Shown in pieces: positions 8,760 through 19,109 of a stretch of 64,000 bases of DNA (its first letter is position 1; each line of letters opens with the position of its first letter). Source of the DNA: Anaerolineales bacterium (lineage in GTDB: Bacteria; Chloroflexota; Anaerolineae; Anaerolineales; UBA11858); assembly GCA_024763275.1 (NCBI GenBank), contig JANTFT010000005.1:8758-72757 (forward strand), written 5' to 3'. The notes beneath the pieces were generated by a model. It saw only the letters and a program-made list of their open reading frames with translations, was not told the origin of the DNA and ran no database searches. Both the position numbers and the translations under genes were made by a program.

Positions 8760-10985
8760 ATGAAACGAATAGCTCTCATCATGATCCTGCTGGTACTGTT
8801 GGCAGGTTGCACCAAGGCAACCCCGGAAGGAACCCCATCAAACCAGGAGACTGCGGTTCCAGGACTGGCAACTCCCATGGTCCAAACCACCCAGGCACCG
8901 GATGTGGAAGGTGCGGCGGTTGCCTTCCTGGAAAGCTGGAAGGCGGGTGATTTTGGAGCCATGTATGCCATGCTCAGCCCTGACAGCCAAGCCCAGATCA
9001 GTGAGGAAGATTTCACAAAACTGTATTACGACTTTGCGGTTGAGCTGGCTCTGGAATCGCTGGATTATTCGATCCTGTCCTCCTTTGTGGATCCCAGCCA
9101 GGCTCAGGTTGCTGTCTCTGTGGACTACAACAGTGTCCTGGTGGATGATCTCGTCAGGGATATCATCCTCCAGCTGAAAATAATTGATGGGGAGTGGAAG
9201 ATCGAATGGGCCCGGGAGATGATCTTTCCTGAAATGCAGGGAGTCAATCAGCTCAAGCTCACAAGGCTGGTGCCCTCACGGGGAAATATCTATGACCGAG
9301 ACGGTAGCGTAATAGTCGGGTATTCAGAGGCGGTATCTCTTGGGTTGACTCCCTCCCAGATAAACCCTAAAAAAGAAGAGAAACTGCTGAATGAGCTGGG
9401 CAAGGACCTGGATGAGCCTCCGGAAGTCATTTTCGCTATGTACAAGGATTTCCCTCCCGGTGTGGATTGGTATTTGCCATTAGGGGCACTGTCCCTGGAT
9501 TCGATTGAGCCCCGCCTGGGAATCCTGGAATCCTATACTACAACCGGTCTGCTGATGAGATATTTCGATGGGCGTTATTATTACAACGGCGGAGTGGCTC
9601 CCCAGGCGGTGGGCTACGTGCGCTGGATCCAGGAAGCTGAACTGGATTCCTACCGCATCCGGGGGTACTCCAAAGGGGAAAAAGTAGGCGGACAGGGGCT
9701 GGAACTGTGGGGTGAGCCCTACCTGACAGGCACCCGGGGTGGGATACTCTACGTGGTTGACGCTGAAGGCGAGACCATTTCCCAGCTTACCCGCAGAGAA
9801 GCTGCGCCGGCATCGGAAATCTACACCACGTTCGAAAAGGACTTCCAGCTGGATGTGCAGAAAGCCCTTTACGGCTTTAATGGAGCTGTGGTGGTGATGG
9901 AGATGGATACCGGGCGCATCCTGGCCATGGCGTCAAACCCCCATTTTGATCCCAACGCTTTCAATTCGGATTATTACAACTCCTCGTTCCTGCTGCAGGA
10001 ATATTACAAGCCCGACCAGAAATCTCCCTTCCTGAACCGGGCCACACAGGGGCTGTACCCACTGGGATCGGTCTTCAAGCTCATCACCATGGCAGCTGCT
10101 CTGGAAACCGGGGAGTTCACAGCCGGCGATACCTATGACTGCGGGTACTTTTTCGAGGAACTGCCCGGTGTGATCCTCAACGACTGGACCTATGACCATT
10201 TCCTGGAAGATGACAAAACCCAACCCAGCGGAATCCTGACGCTTTCGGAAGGATTAATCCGCTCCTGCAATCCCTGGTTCTGGCATATAGGATTGCATCT
10301 TTACCAGAACGGTTATCCTGAAGCGGTTTCTGACATGGCGAAAGGATTCGGTCTGGGAGCTCTGACTGGCATAGAGGGAGTGGAAGAGGAAGCTGGAAAT
10401 ATCCCTGCCCCGGGCTCGGCCCTGGATGCTACCAACCAGGCGATCGGCCAGGGAGATACCCTGGTGACACCCCTTCAGGTGGTCAGATTCATCGCTGCCC
10501 TGGGCAATGGGGGCACCCTTTACCGCCCGCAGATCGTGGAAAGTATCCGTTCAGCAGGTGGTGAGGAGCTGTATTCCTTCGAGCCGGAGGCTGTAGGCGA
10601 GCTGCCCATCAGCAGCTCTACCAGGAACACGATCGTCAATGCCATGATCCAGGTAGTTGAAAAAGGTCCCCCTAACCAGGGAACAGCCTATCATCGATTC
10701 AAAGGGCTGACTGACCAGATCCCGCTGGCCGGGAAGACCGGTACAGCGGAGTCCGGCTCGGGTGAATCCCATGCCTGGTTCGCTGGATATACCAATGTCC
10801 AGAACGAGAACAAACCTGATATTGCGGTGGTGGTAATTGCCGAAAACGCTGGAGAGGGATCCGAGGTTGCCGCTCCGATCTTCAGACGTGTGGTCGAGCT
10901 CTACTTCAATCAGACACTGCGGTATTATCCCTGGGAATCAGAGATCGGAGTTTGGGCTGTCCCGGACGATGAAGGAGGGAATTGA
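8760..10985 (+). CDS. class B penicillin-binding protein (transpeptidase) with NTF2-like (MecA_N-type) N-terminal domain; lipoprotein signal
   Basis: Starts MKRIALIMILLVLLAGC. NTF2-like segment AAVAFLESWKAGDFGAMYAMLSP. Transpeptidase motifs are SVFK (SxxK), SCN (SxN) and KTGTA (KTG). Start placed at the internal ATG 8760. Confidence 0.8.
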   Translation: MKRIALIMILLVLLAGCTKATPEGTPSNQETAVPGLATPMVQTTQAPDVEGAAVAFLESWKAGDFGAMYAMLSPDSQAQISEEDFTKLYYDFAVELALESLDYSILSSFVDPSQAQVAVSVDYNSVLVDDLVRDIILQLKIIDGEWKIEWAREMIFPEMQGVNQLKLTRLVPSRGNIYDRDGSVIVGYSEAVSLGLTPSQINPKKEEKLLNELGKDLDEPPEVIFAMYKDFPPGVDWYLPLGALSLDSIEPRLGILESYTTTGLLMRYFDGRYYYNGGVAPQAVGYVRWIQEAELDSYRIRGYSKGEKVGGQGLELWGEPYLTGTRGGILYVVDAEGETISQLTRREAAPASEIYTTFEKDFQLDVQKALYGFNGAVVVMEMDTGRILAMASNPHFDPNAFNSDYYNSSFLLQEYYKPDQKSPFLNRATQGLYPLGSVFKLITMAAALETGEFTAGDTYDCGYFFEELPGVILNDWTYDHFLEDDKTQPSGILTLSEGLIRSCNPWFWHIGLHLYQNGYPEAVSDMAKGFGLGALTGIEGVEEEAGNIPAPGSALDATNQAIGQGDTLVTPLQVVRFIAALGNGGTLYRPQIVESIRSAGGEELYSFEPEAVGELPISSSTRNTIVNAMIQVVEKGPPNQGTAYHRFKGLTDQIPLAGKTGTAESGSGESHAWFAGYTNVQNENKPDIAVVVIAENAGEGSEVAAPIFRRVVELYFNQTLRYYPWESEIGVWAVPDDEGGN

Positions 10986-11913
10986 GATCAGCGAGGAAAT
11001 CCGTGGGCGTGTGATCCAGGCCCAATCTGGTTTTTTTGACGTGCAAACAGATCAGGGTGTGGTGGTCTGCCAGATCAGGGGGCGGCTGAAAAAAGGCCGC
11101 AAACAGGGCGATATCGTGGCTATCGGTGACTGGGTGAGGGTCTCCATCCAGGAGCCCGGTCGGGGAATGATCGAGGAAGTCGAGCCCCGCCGGACGATGC
11201 TCTACCGGATGGCTCCTACTCCCCGCGGTGAATACCAGCAGATCATCATTGCCAACCCGGACCAGGCAGTCTTTGTGTTTTCGATCACTCAGCCGAAACC
11301 CCGCCTGCGTATGCTTGACCGGTTCCTGGTCATAGCAGAGAGGGAAGGAATCAATTCCCTGATCGTGGTGAATAAGATTGATTTAACCGGCAGACATCAG
11401 GCCAGGAAGCTGTTCCGGCGTTATGAAAAGATTGACTATCCGGTGCTGTACACCTCCGTATTGAAGAAGCAGGGACTGCGCCAGCTGGAGAAGCATCTCC
11501 TGAATAAGACCAGCTTGTTCGCAGGACCATCAGGCGCTGGTAAATCCAGCCTTCTCAATGCTATTCAGCCCGGGCTGGGCCTGGCTGTGAAAGAGATCAG
11601 TGAAGGAACCCAGAAGGGGAAGCACACCACAGTATCCCGGAAGCTTGTACCCCTGAGCAAGGGTGGCTATGTTGCTGACACACCGGGATTGAAAGCGCTG
11701 GATCTGTGGGACATCACCCCGGAGGAGGTGGACGGCTATTTCCGGGAAATCAGCCAGGTGTTAAAGAACTGCCGCTTCAGCGATTGCACCCACACCCATG
11801 AACCAGGTTGTGCGGTGATAGAAGCTATCAAGAAGAAGAAGATCCATCCGGAACGCTACCGATCTTATCTGCGCCTACGGGAAGTCGAAGAAGACAAAAT
11901 ACCATGGTTCTGA
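10969..11913 (+). CDS. rsgA: ribosome small-subunit-dependent GTPase A
   Basis: OB-fold N-terminus (GRVIQAQSGFFDVQT...VVCQIRGRLKK). Circularly permuted GTPase motifs VNKIDL, GPSGAGKSSLLNAI and DTPG. Zn knuckle CRFSDCTHTHEPGCAV. The start overlaps the PBP 3' end by 17 nt. Confidence 0.85.
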   Translation: MKEGIEISEEIRGRVIQAQSGFFDVQTDQGVVVCQIRGRLKKGRKQGDIVAIGDWVRVSIQEPGRGMIEEVEPRRTMLYRMAPTPRGEYQQIIIANPDQAVFVFSITQPKPRLRMLDRFLVIAEREGINSLIVVNKIDLTGRHQARKLFRRYEKIDYPVLYTSVLKKQGLRQLEKHLLNKTSLFAGPSGAGKSSLLNAIQPGLGLAVKEISEGTQKGKHTTVSRKLVPLSKGGYVADTPGLKALDLWDITPEEVDGYFREISQVLKNCRFSDCTHTHEPGCAVIEAIKKKKIHPERYRSYLRLREVEEDKIPWF

Positions 11914-13802
11914 AACGGGCAGCTTTCTATTTATTCACCTTCCTGCTTATCCTGGTGATGACAGCCTGCAGGGGGGAAACGCCGGGAGCCCTGCGGCTGC
12001 CGGATGCGGACCAGCTGGGTCCGACTCCTACACCGCCGCCCTCACCCGTACCCCAGCGGGTATTATCCATCTGTCTGGGAGAGGAACCGCGATCCCTGTT
12101 CTTATATGGGGATCAATCCACTTCTGCCAGAATTGTCCGCCAGGCGATATTCGATGGGCCTGTGGATCAGGTCAACTTCGAGCAGATCCCGGTTCTGCTG
12201 CAGGAGATCCCCAGCCAGAAAAATGAACTGGTAAAAATCATTCCTGTAGAGGTGTCCCCGGGAGAGCGGATGGTGGATGCCAGGGGGAATAGCACCTTTT
12301 TGGCCAGCGGAGTGGAATTCCGTCCGGCCGGATGCAACAGCCAGGATTGCTGGGAAGAATATACCGGGCAGCCTTCGGTCGAACTCGATCAGGTGGAGAT
12401 TCACTACAGGATGCTCCCGGGAATGGTCTGGGCAGACGGTCAGCCGCTTACTCCGGCTGATTCGATATTTTCCTATCAGACCGCATCCCTGGTCTACGGC
12501 ACAGCGGGACCTGCCCAGCTGCACTTCACGTCCAGCTACCGGATAGGAGAAGAAGGGGAAGTGATCTGGCGGGGTTTGCCAGGATATCTGGGCATCATCG
12601 CTTATGGGGATTTCTTTTTCTCTCCGCTTCCCCAACACAGGCTGGAGAATCTCACCCGGGAGGAGTTCTTAACTGCACCGCAGAGCAACCTGCAGCCACT
12701 GGGCTGGGGTCCATACCAGATCAAGGAGTGGGTTTCCGGGGACCATATCACTCTGATCCCCAATCCCAACTACCGGGCTGCCAGCCAGGGGCTCCCTGCC
12801 TTTGATGCCCTGGTTTTCCGGTTTGTGGATAGCGGAAAAGAGACCCTGGCCGCGGTACGGTCCGGAGAATGCCAGATCGCTGCCAACCAGCCAGATTTAC
12901 TGAGCTATCAGCCGGAACTGCTGTCAGACCAGCGAGATGGCAGATTGAAGATCTATCCCGTTGAAGGAGTTGCCTGGGAACAGATCAGTATGGGGATCAA
13001 TTCCCTGGGGAAAGATCCGTCGCTCCTCCAGGATTCTGACCTGCGGTTAGCCCTGGCGGGATGCATCGACCGGGAGCGTATCTCCCAATCCCGGCTGGAT
13101 GCGGGAGAAGTGGTGGACGACTACCTGCTTCCTGGCAGGTCTGGTGAGGGAAGCGCCAGCCGGGTTATCGCTTATCAGCCAGCGGAATCAGCTATAAAGT
13201 TAAAAGAACTGGGCTGGATCGACCACGATGGAGATCCGGAGACCCCCCGTCTGGCGGACGGTGTGGAAGGTATCTCTGATGGCACCCCGCTTGAGCTCAC
13301 GCTGCTGGCGGCAGATTCCCGGGTTGGGTCCATCACCCTCGATTATATCAAGGAGGGACTGGGAAATTGTGGAGTGGGCCTTGAGGTGCAGACCATGCCG
13401 GCTGCCGAGCTGCTGGCCCCAGGGCCGGATGGCCCGATCTTCGGCAGGGATTTTGACCTGGCTTACTTTACCTGGGCGGCCGGAGCGTATCAGCCCTGCA
13501 GATTGTTCGTAAGTGGTGAGATCCCTGGAAACTACCCGGAGTATCCCAAAGGCTGGGGAGGTGTGAATGCAACCGGATACAGTAATGAGGATTTTGACCA
13601 GGCCTGTCTGATTGTCAGCACAAATCTGCCCGATTCAGAGGCGGCTTTGACGGCTGCGGCTGAGCTCCAGGACCTGTTCCGATCAGATCTACCGGCCCTG
13701 CCCCTGTTTTTCCGGCGTGATTTGATTATCGCTGCACCGGAAATAGCTGGTCTGGAAAGCGGTATTTGTGAGCGGTTCTGGAACATTGAAAATCTTGAGT
13801 GA
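11904..13802 (+). CDS. ABC transporter substrate-binding lipoprotein, family 5 (peptide/nickel type)
   Basis: Lipobox LILVMTAC followed by a Pro-rich linker. SBP_bac_5-like core (ICLGEEPRSLF...GWGPYQIKEWVSGDHITLIPNPNY...). Overlaps the rsgA stop by 10 nt. No permease or ATPase directly follows. Confidence 0.7.
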   Translation: MVLKRAAFYLFTFLLILVMTACRGETPGALRLPDADQLGPTPTPPPSPVPQRVLSICLGEEPRSLFLYGDQSTSARIVRQAIFDGPVDQVNFEQIPVLLQEIPSQKNELVKIIPVEVSPGERMVDARGNSTFLASGVEFRPAGCNSQDCWEEYTGQPSVELDQVEIHYRMLPGMVWADGQPLTPADSIFSYQTASLVYGTAGPAQLHFTSSYRIGEEGEVIWRGLPGYLGIIAYGDFFFSPLPQHRLENLTREEFLTAPQSNLQPLGWGPYQIKEWVSGDHITLIPNPNYRAASQGLPAFDALVFRFVDSGKETLAAVRSGECQIAANQPDLLSYQPELLSDQRDGRLKIYPVEGVAWEQISMGINSLGKDPSLLQDSDLRLALAGCIDRERISQSRLDAGEVVDDYLLPGRSGEGSASRVIAYQPAESAIKLKELGWIDHDGDPETPRLADGVEGISDGTPLELTLLAADSRVGSITLDYIKEGLGNCGVGLEVQTMPAAELLAPGPDGPIFGRDFDLAYFTWAAGAYQPCRLFVSGEIPGNYPEYPKGWGGVNATGYSNEDFDQACLIVSTNLPDSEAALTAAAELQDLFRSDLPALPLFFRRDLIIAAPEIAGLESGICERFWNIENLE

Positions 13803-14071
13803 CACAAATCACATCATTCGTAGTATAAATACCCTACTTGAGGACTATATTATTCCTATTCTGTGTTTTTTTTCAAGAAAAGTCGATTGTGGTATGGTAG
13901 AATGCGTATCTGGAAACAATCATTAACTAAAATAATATTGAAAGATCTTCGAATTAATTATCCCAAAAAGGTATAAATCAGTTTCAGTCTGAGAAAGTTG
14001 GGCAGAGCATCGCGCAGTCATTCAGGGTGCTGTTTGATACTAAAAATGCAGGTGTGCAGGAGGTAGAAAAA

Positions 14072-15067
14072 TTGGAAGATAGAGAAGTCATTCTTGATAT
14101 TCAAAACCTGAGAACAACCTTCTCAACCCAGGAAGGCCTGGTTCATGCGGTCAATGGCATTTCTTACCAGCTTCATGCGAGCGAGACCTTAGGTATTGTA
14201 GGGGAAAGTGGTTGTGGAAAAAGCGTTTCAATGCTTTCCGTGATGCGGTTGTTAGAGATCCCACCAGCGAAGATCATGGCTGATGGAATTTATTTTAAAG
14301 GTGAAAACCTGCTGGAATTTCCTGACCATGAGATGCGCAAGATCCGCGGCAGCAAGATCGCTATGATCTTCCAGGATCCTATGACCTCTCTGAACCCGGT
14401 CTTGACCATTGGCTTTCAAATTGAAGAACCTCTCAAACTCCATCTGGGCATGGATGATGCTGCCGCGAAAGAGCGAGCGGCGGAATTATTGAGATTAGTC
14501 GGTATTCCGGATGCGGAAAGCCGCCTAAGTGATTACCCTCATCAATTCTCTGGCGGCATGCGCCAGCGTGCCATGATCGCCATCGCCCTGGCCTGCAACC
14601 CTACTCTGTTGATCGCTGATGAACCTACCACTTCCCTGGATGTGACCATTCAAGCCCAGCTGGTTGACCTGGTCAAGAAACTCCAGGATGACCTGGGCAT
14701 GGCATTGATCTGGATAACCCACGACCTGGGCGTGGTAGCCGGTCTGGCTGAGCGAGTGATCGTCATGTATGCCGGCTTTGTCGTGGAAGATGCCCCGGTT
14801 GATATGCTGTATGAAGACCCCCGCCACCCCTACACCTTCGCCTTGTTGAGATCTCTGCCGAAAATCAATGAGGAACGAGGTGATAAATTAGAGACCATAG
14901 AAGGTATGCCGCCGGATCTGGTAGGATTACCAACCGGCTGCCCTTTTGCTCCTCGCTGCGCATTTGCAAAAGATAAATGCAGGAAAGAAAATCCAGTTCT
15001 GGAAGAAATCTCCTTGGATCATCAGATTGCCTGCTGGGTGGATGTCAAAACAGGAGAACTTCGATGA
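14072..15067 (+). CDS. oppD: oligopeptide/dipeptide ABC transporter ATP-binding protein (OppD type)
   Basis: Walker A GESGCGKS, signature FSGGMRQR, Walker [13 protein letters not shown], and the C-terminal oligopeptide-ABC extension ([11 protein letters not shown]...CPFAPRC). The start is uncertain. TTG 14072 sits 8 nt after AGGAGG. The longest ORF begins at GTG 14027. Confidence 0.85.
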   Translation: MEDREVILDIQNLRTTFSTQEGLVHAVNGISYQLHASETLGIVGESGCGKSVSMLSVMRLLEIPPAKIMADGIYFKGENLLEFPDHEMRKIRGSKIAMIFQDPMTSLNPVLTIGFQIEEPLKLHLGMDDAAAKERAAELLRLVGIPDAESRLSDYPHQFSGGMRQRAMIAIALACNPTLLIADEPTTSLDVTIQAQLVDLVKKLQDDLGMALIWITHDLGVVAGLAERVIVMYAGFVVEDAPVDMLYEDPRHPYTFALLRSLPKINEERGDKLETIEGMPPDLVGLPTGCPFAPRCAFAKDKCRKENPVLEEISLDHQIACWVDVKTGELR

Positions 15068-16068
15068 CCAAGAATAACACACTGGTTCGCGTTGAACACC
15101 TTGTCAAACATTTTCCGATAACCCGGGGTATTGTATTTCAGAAACAGGTCGGTGCGGTAAAAGCTGTAGATGGTGTCAGTTTTAACATCAGGAAAGGCGA
15201 GACGCTCGGGCTGGTGGGGGAAAGTGGATGCGGCAAAACTACCACAGGACGGACCATTCTCCAGCTTCATAAACCCACCTCCGGGAAGGTATTTTTCCAG
15301 GATATCGATCTCACCGAAGCGAGCGAAGGCACCCTCCGTGAGCTGCGGCGGAACATGCAGATCATTTTCCAGGATCCCTACGCCTCTCTTAATCCGCGCA
15401 TGACTGTAGGCCGGATTATCGCTGAGCCGCTGGAAGTCCATAATATCGGCTCTCCCAAAGACAGGAGGGATCGTGTCCAGGAGCTGCTGCGGTTGGTCGG
15501 GTTGAACCCTTATTTTGTCAACCGCTACCCGCATGAGTTCTCTGGTGGACAGCGCCAGCGCATCGGTGTCGCCCGGGCCCTAGCACTTGAACCGGAATTT
15601 ATTGTCTGCGATGAGCCGATTTCAGCCCTGGATGTCTCCATCCAGGCCCAGGTAGTGAACCTGCTGGAAGAGCTCCAGGAAGAAATGGGATTAACCTATT
15701 TGTTCATTGCCCATGACCTGAGCATGGTCAAGCATATCTCCAACCGCATTGCCGTCATGTATCTGGGCAAGATCGTTGAGATGGCTGATCGCGATGTCCT
15801 TTTCGGGAATACACTCCACCCCTACTCAATTGCTCTTCTGTCTGCGGTACCTTTGCACAACCCTGCCGAGGAGAGGAAGCGGAAGCGCATCATCTTGGTG
15901 GGAGATGTCCCCAGCCCGGCCAACCCACCATCTGGCTGCCGGTTCCATACCCGCTGCCCGATCGCGGAAAAACGCTGTGAGATGGAGGATCCTGAATTCC
16001 GGGAATATGAACCCGGCCATTGGGTCGCCTGCCACTTTGTAGAAAAAGCACAGCAAAAGATGAAATAA
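15064..16068 (+). CDS. oppF: oligopeptide/dipeptide ABC transporter ATP-binding protein (OppF type)
   Basis: Walker [10 protein letters not shown], signature FSGGQRQR, Walker [14 protein letters not shown]-terminal CRFHTRCP motif. ATGA overlap with the oppD stop. Confidence 0.85.
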   Translation: MTKNNTLVRVEHLVKHFPITRGIVFQKQVGAVKAVDGVSFNIRKGETLGLVGESGCGKTTTGRTILQLHKPTSGKVFFQDIDLTEASEGTLRELRRNMQIIFQDPYASLNPRMTVGRIIAEPLEVHNIGSPKDRRDRVQELLRLVGLNPYFVNRYPHEFSGGQRQRIGVARALALEPEFIVCDEPISALDVSIQAQVVNLLEELQEEMGLTYLFIAHDLSMVKHISNRIAVMYLGKIVEMADRDVLFGNTLHPYSIALLSAVPLHNPAEERKRKRIILVGDVPSPANPPSGCRFHTRCPIAEKRCEMEDPEFREYEPGHWVACHFVEKAQQKMK

Positions 16069-16211
16069 TATTACAATATGATCAAACTAAAAAGTTTTGT
16101 TATCGTAGGATGAATGATCTCTTGCTAAGGAGGTGATGCCTACCCCACAAAATAAAATTGGAGACCTATCTGTGGATTGTAGATTATCTTATCTGAAGGA
16201 GAAGAAAAACA

Positions 16212-17945
16212 ATGAGTAAAAAATTATTTACGATCGTTTCCTTGCTGATCCTGGGGAGCATGATCTTGTCCGCTTGCGGCCCCAAAGCCAAGGAAGGCAC
16301 CGTAGCGACCGGTGATGTGGTCACCCTGTACGGTTATTCCACCACCGAGATTCCCACGCTGGACCCCCAGCTGGGTGAGGATGTGATTTCGATTAACTAC
16401 GTCGAGAACCTGTTTGTGGCACTCACCAATTATGACCAGGCTACTTCAGACATCGTTCCTGAAGCAGCTACATCCTGGGATATCAGTGATGATGGTCTGA
16501 CCTACACCTTCCACCTGCGGGGCGATATCCCCTGGGTGAAGCATAATCCTGAGACCGGTGAGGTTAAACAGGAAGTGGACGCGGACGGCAACCCTCTGTT
16601 TGTGACCGCCAATGACTTTGTCTACGGCATCAAGCGGGCTTGCGATCCTAATCTGGCTTCTTACTACAGCTCGGTCATCTCTCCCTTCATCGTCGGCTGT
16701 GCGGACGTCCTGAATTATGAGGACCCCGAGAACATCCCGGCCGAGATGTTTGATGCCATTGGCGTATCCGCTCCTGATGCGGAGACCCTGGTCATCAATC
16801 TTCCTGAACCGGCAGCCTTCTTCATCTCCATGACTCCTATGTGGACCCTGGCGGCTACCCCGCAGTGGGCCATCGAGGCCAATGGCGATCAGTGGACCGA
16901 GGCTGGCAACATCGTCACCAGTGGACGCTACGTCCTCAACACCTGGGACCACGGTGTTTCCCGTGTTGTGCTCCGCAACCCGCTCATGCCTAAGGATATG
17001 CAGGGAACTGGCAATATCGAGAGAATCGAGACCAATGTCGTTCCTGACACCAGCACCGGCTATGCCCTGTGGCTGAACAATGAAGTTGAAACTTCTGGCA
17101 TCCCGGATGCGGAACTGGAGAATCAGCTGGCCAATTATCCTGATGAGACCGTCCAGATCTCTGACCTGGCTGTTTTCTACATCGCCTTCAGGACCACCAA
17201 GCCTCCATTTGATGACGCTCGCGTTCGAGCCGCCTTCGCTGCGGCTTATGACCGGTCCGCCCACGTGGAAGCCGTTGAACAGGGCCAGGGCCTGCCTATG
17301 AAACACTTTGCTCCTCCTGGAATCTTCGGCGCGCCGCCCATTGACGAAGTGGGTGTGGGCTTCGATCCTGCATACGCTCAGGAAATGCTGGCTGAGGCTG
17401 GCTATCCCAACTGTGAAGGATTCCCTCAGGTTACCCTTCTGGGCTACAGCGGTGAGCACACTCTGCACTGGATTGAATTTGCCCAGGCACAGTGGGAAGA
17501 GAATCTGGGCTGCTCCGCAGACCTGATCCAGATTGAGCAGCAGTCCTTCTCGGACCTGCTGACAGCCACAAACGCTGACGATGCCGAAGCTCCCCACATG
17601 TGGACCCTCGGCTGGGGCCCCGACTATGCGGATGAGAACAACTGGGCTGGTGACGTGCTGTACTGCACCACCAACACCCGCATCAAACGGGCTTGCAGTG
17701 AAGCTGATGATCTGATCATCGCTGCCCGCAAAGAGACCGATCCTGATAAGAGGATCGAGATGTATGCTCAGATCGAGGACATGTTCTTCGGAAAGGGCGG
17801 TGAATTCCCCTTCTTCCCGATCTGGCTGCGTATTTCCTTCTCGGCTCAGCACTCCTGGCTGGATGCTCCTCGTTCCCTCTTTGGTGGCCAGCAGTGGTAC
17901 AACTGGACCATTGACGCAGATGCTCAAGCAGCTGCCCGCCAATAG
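16212..17945 (+). CDS. peptide ABC transporter substrate-binding lipoprotein (OppA-like, family 5)
   Basis: Lipobox MILSAC. SBP_bac_5 features (TEIPTLDPQLGEDVISINYVENLF..., YVLNTWDHG...). Sits between the ATPase and permease genes. Confidence 0.8.
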   Translation: MSKKLFTIVSLLILGSMILSACGPKAKEGTVATGDVVTLYGYSTTEIPTLDPQLGEDVISINYVENLFVALTNYDQATSDIVPEAATSWDISDDGLTYTFHLRGDIPWVKHNPETGEVKQEVDADGNPLFVTANDFVYGIKRACDPNLASYYSSVISPFIVGCADVLNYEDPENIPAEMFDAIGVSAPDAETLVINLPEPAAFFISMTPMWTLAATPQWAIEANGDQWTEAGNIVTSGRYVLNTWDHGVSRVVLRNPLMPKDMQGTGNIERIETNVVPDTSTGYALWLNNEVETSGIPDAELENQLANYPDETVQISDLAVFYIAFRTTKPPFDDARVRAAFAAAYDRSAHVEAVEQGQGLPMKHFAPPGIFGAPPIDEVGVGFDPAYAQEMLAEAGYPNCEGFPQVTLLGYSGEHTLHWIEFAQAQWEENLGCSADLIQIEQQSFSDLLTATNADDAEAPHMWTLGWGPDYADENNWAGDVLYCTTNTRIKRACSEADDLIIAARKETDPDKRIEMYAQIEDMFFGKGGEFPFFPIWLRISFSAQHSWLDAPRSLFGGQQWYNWTIDADAQAAARQ

Positions 17946-17966
17946 TTCTTTCTAAGTTGTGAGATT

Positions 17967-18004
17967 AGGAGGGCAGCAGGGTGCTGCCCTCCTACCTTGT
18001 TTTG
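17967..18004 (+). terminator. intra-operon hairpin (attenuator/partial terminator) after the binding-protein gene
   Basis: aGGAGGGCAGCagggtGCTGCCCTCCtaccttgttttg is a 10-bp perfect GC-rich stem with a weak T tract. It starts 22 nt after the stop at 17945. Confidence 0.45.
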
Positions 18005-18125
18005 CTGATAGGCAGGATGCCAGCAGGATTGAGAGAGGGCTGGAATGGCTTGTCTTGCTCTCAAACCTGGTAGTATTCTGAACGGAACAGATTGACAAAT
18101 TCTGAAGGATTTTGGAGGAGGAAGC

Positions 18126-19097
18126 ATGCTCCGCTATATTATTAGACGTTTGCTGTATGCAATACCGGTGATCTTCCTGGTGATCCTGGCCACCTTTGTG
18201 CTGGTCCAGTCCATGCCTGGAGGCCCCTTTGACACAATTGGCCAGCGGGCGATGCCTGAGCAAATGATCAGGATTCTGGAGCGGCGCTTCGGACTGGATC
18301 AACCTCTTTATGTACAGTTTTACCGCTATTTGACCAATATTTTCAAAGGGGATTTTGGCCCTATGTTCCGGCAGCCTGCCCAGGATGTCCGGGATATCAT
18401 CGGGCAAACCTTCCCGGTTTCTGTTCAGCTTGGATTAATGTCGCTGATCGTGGCCTTTTCGCTGGGTATTCCGATCGGGGTCATCGCGGCCCTGAATCAC
18501 AATTCGATCATCGATTATACGGTTACTTTTACGGCGGTGCTGTTTATTTCCATCCCGGCGTTGGTTTTGGGGCCAATCCTGATCTACGTCTTTGCTGTGA
18601 ACCTGGGTTGGTTTCCAATCGCTTTCTGGGGCGCGAATCCCCCCTTCTTCCTGGGCTTCTTGCCTCCCTTGACGAAAGACTTCTTCGCCCACGCGGCCCT
18701 GCCGGTATTTTCTCTGGGGACAGGTGGGGCTGCCGGGATTGCCAGATTGACCCGCGCGGGATTGCTGGAAGTCCTCTCCTCTGACTATATTCGCACTGCC
18801 CGCGCGAAAGGGCTCAGGGAACGGACGGTGATCGTTGTCCATGCCCTGAAGAATTCCCTCATACCGGTTGTTACCGTACTCGGCCCTTACCTGGCGGGAG
18901 TTATTACGGGTTCATTTATCACAGAAACCATTTTCGCTATCAACGGCATGGGCAGGCGATTCGTGAACAGCATCGGCCAAAGGGAATACTTCCTGCAAAC
19001 CAGCCTGGTGCTGCTGTACGGTCTGCTGCTGATTGCCGCCAACTTGATGGTGGATATTATGTATGCCTGGTTTGATCCACGCATTCGCTACGATTAG
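18126..19097 (+). CDS. oppB: peptide ABC transporter permease (OppB type)
   Basis: N-terminus MLRYIIRRLLYAIPVIFLVILATFVL, multi-TM, and the EAA-like loop SDYIRTARAKGL typical of OppB/DppB. Confidence 0.85.
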   Translation: MLRYIIRRLLYAIPVIFLVILATFVLVQSMPGGPFDTIGQRAMPEQMIRILERRFGLDQPLYVQFYRYLTNIFKGDFGPMFRQPAQDVRDIIGQTFPVSVQLGLMSLIVAFSLGIPIGVIAALNHNSIIDYTVTFTAVLFISIPALVLGPILIYVFAVNLGWFPIAFWGANPPFFLGFLPPLTKDFFAHAALPVFSLGTGGAAGIARLTRAGLLEVLSSDYIRTARAKGLRERTVIVVHALKNSLIPVVTVLGPYLAGVITGSFITETIFAINGMGRRFVNSIGQREYFLQTSLVLLYGLLLIAANLMVDIMYAWFDPRIRYD

Positions 19098-19109
19098 GAA
19101 AGAGAGATT

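Noticed and set aside
16446-17942. A 498-aa stop-free ORF lies antisense to almost the entire OppA-like gene. It is the longest of many long antisense ORFs (for example 24761-25555, 35129-35962, 48567-49418, 61400-62131).
   Set aside because: The translation is low-complexity R/G/V/D-rich with no motif, start context or SD. It sits in the codon-aligned antisense frame, where stops arise only from sense TTA/CTA/TCA codons. A strongly codon-biased, highly expressed gene avoids those codons. This is most simply a by-product of codon usage, not a gene.
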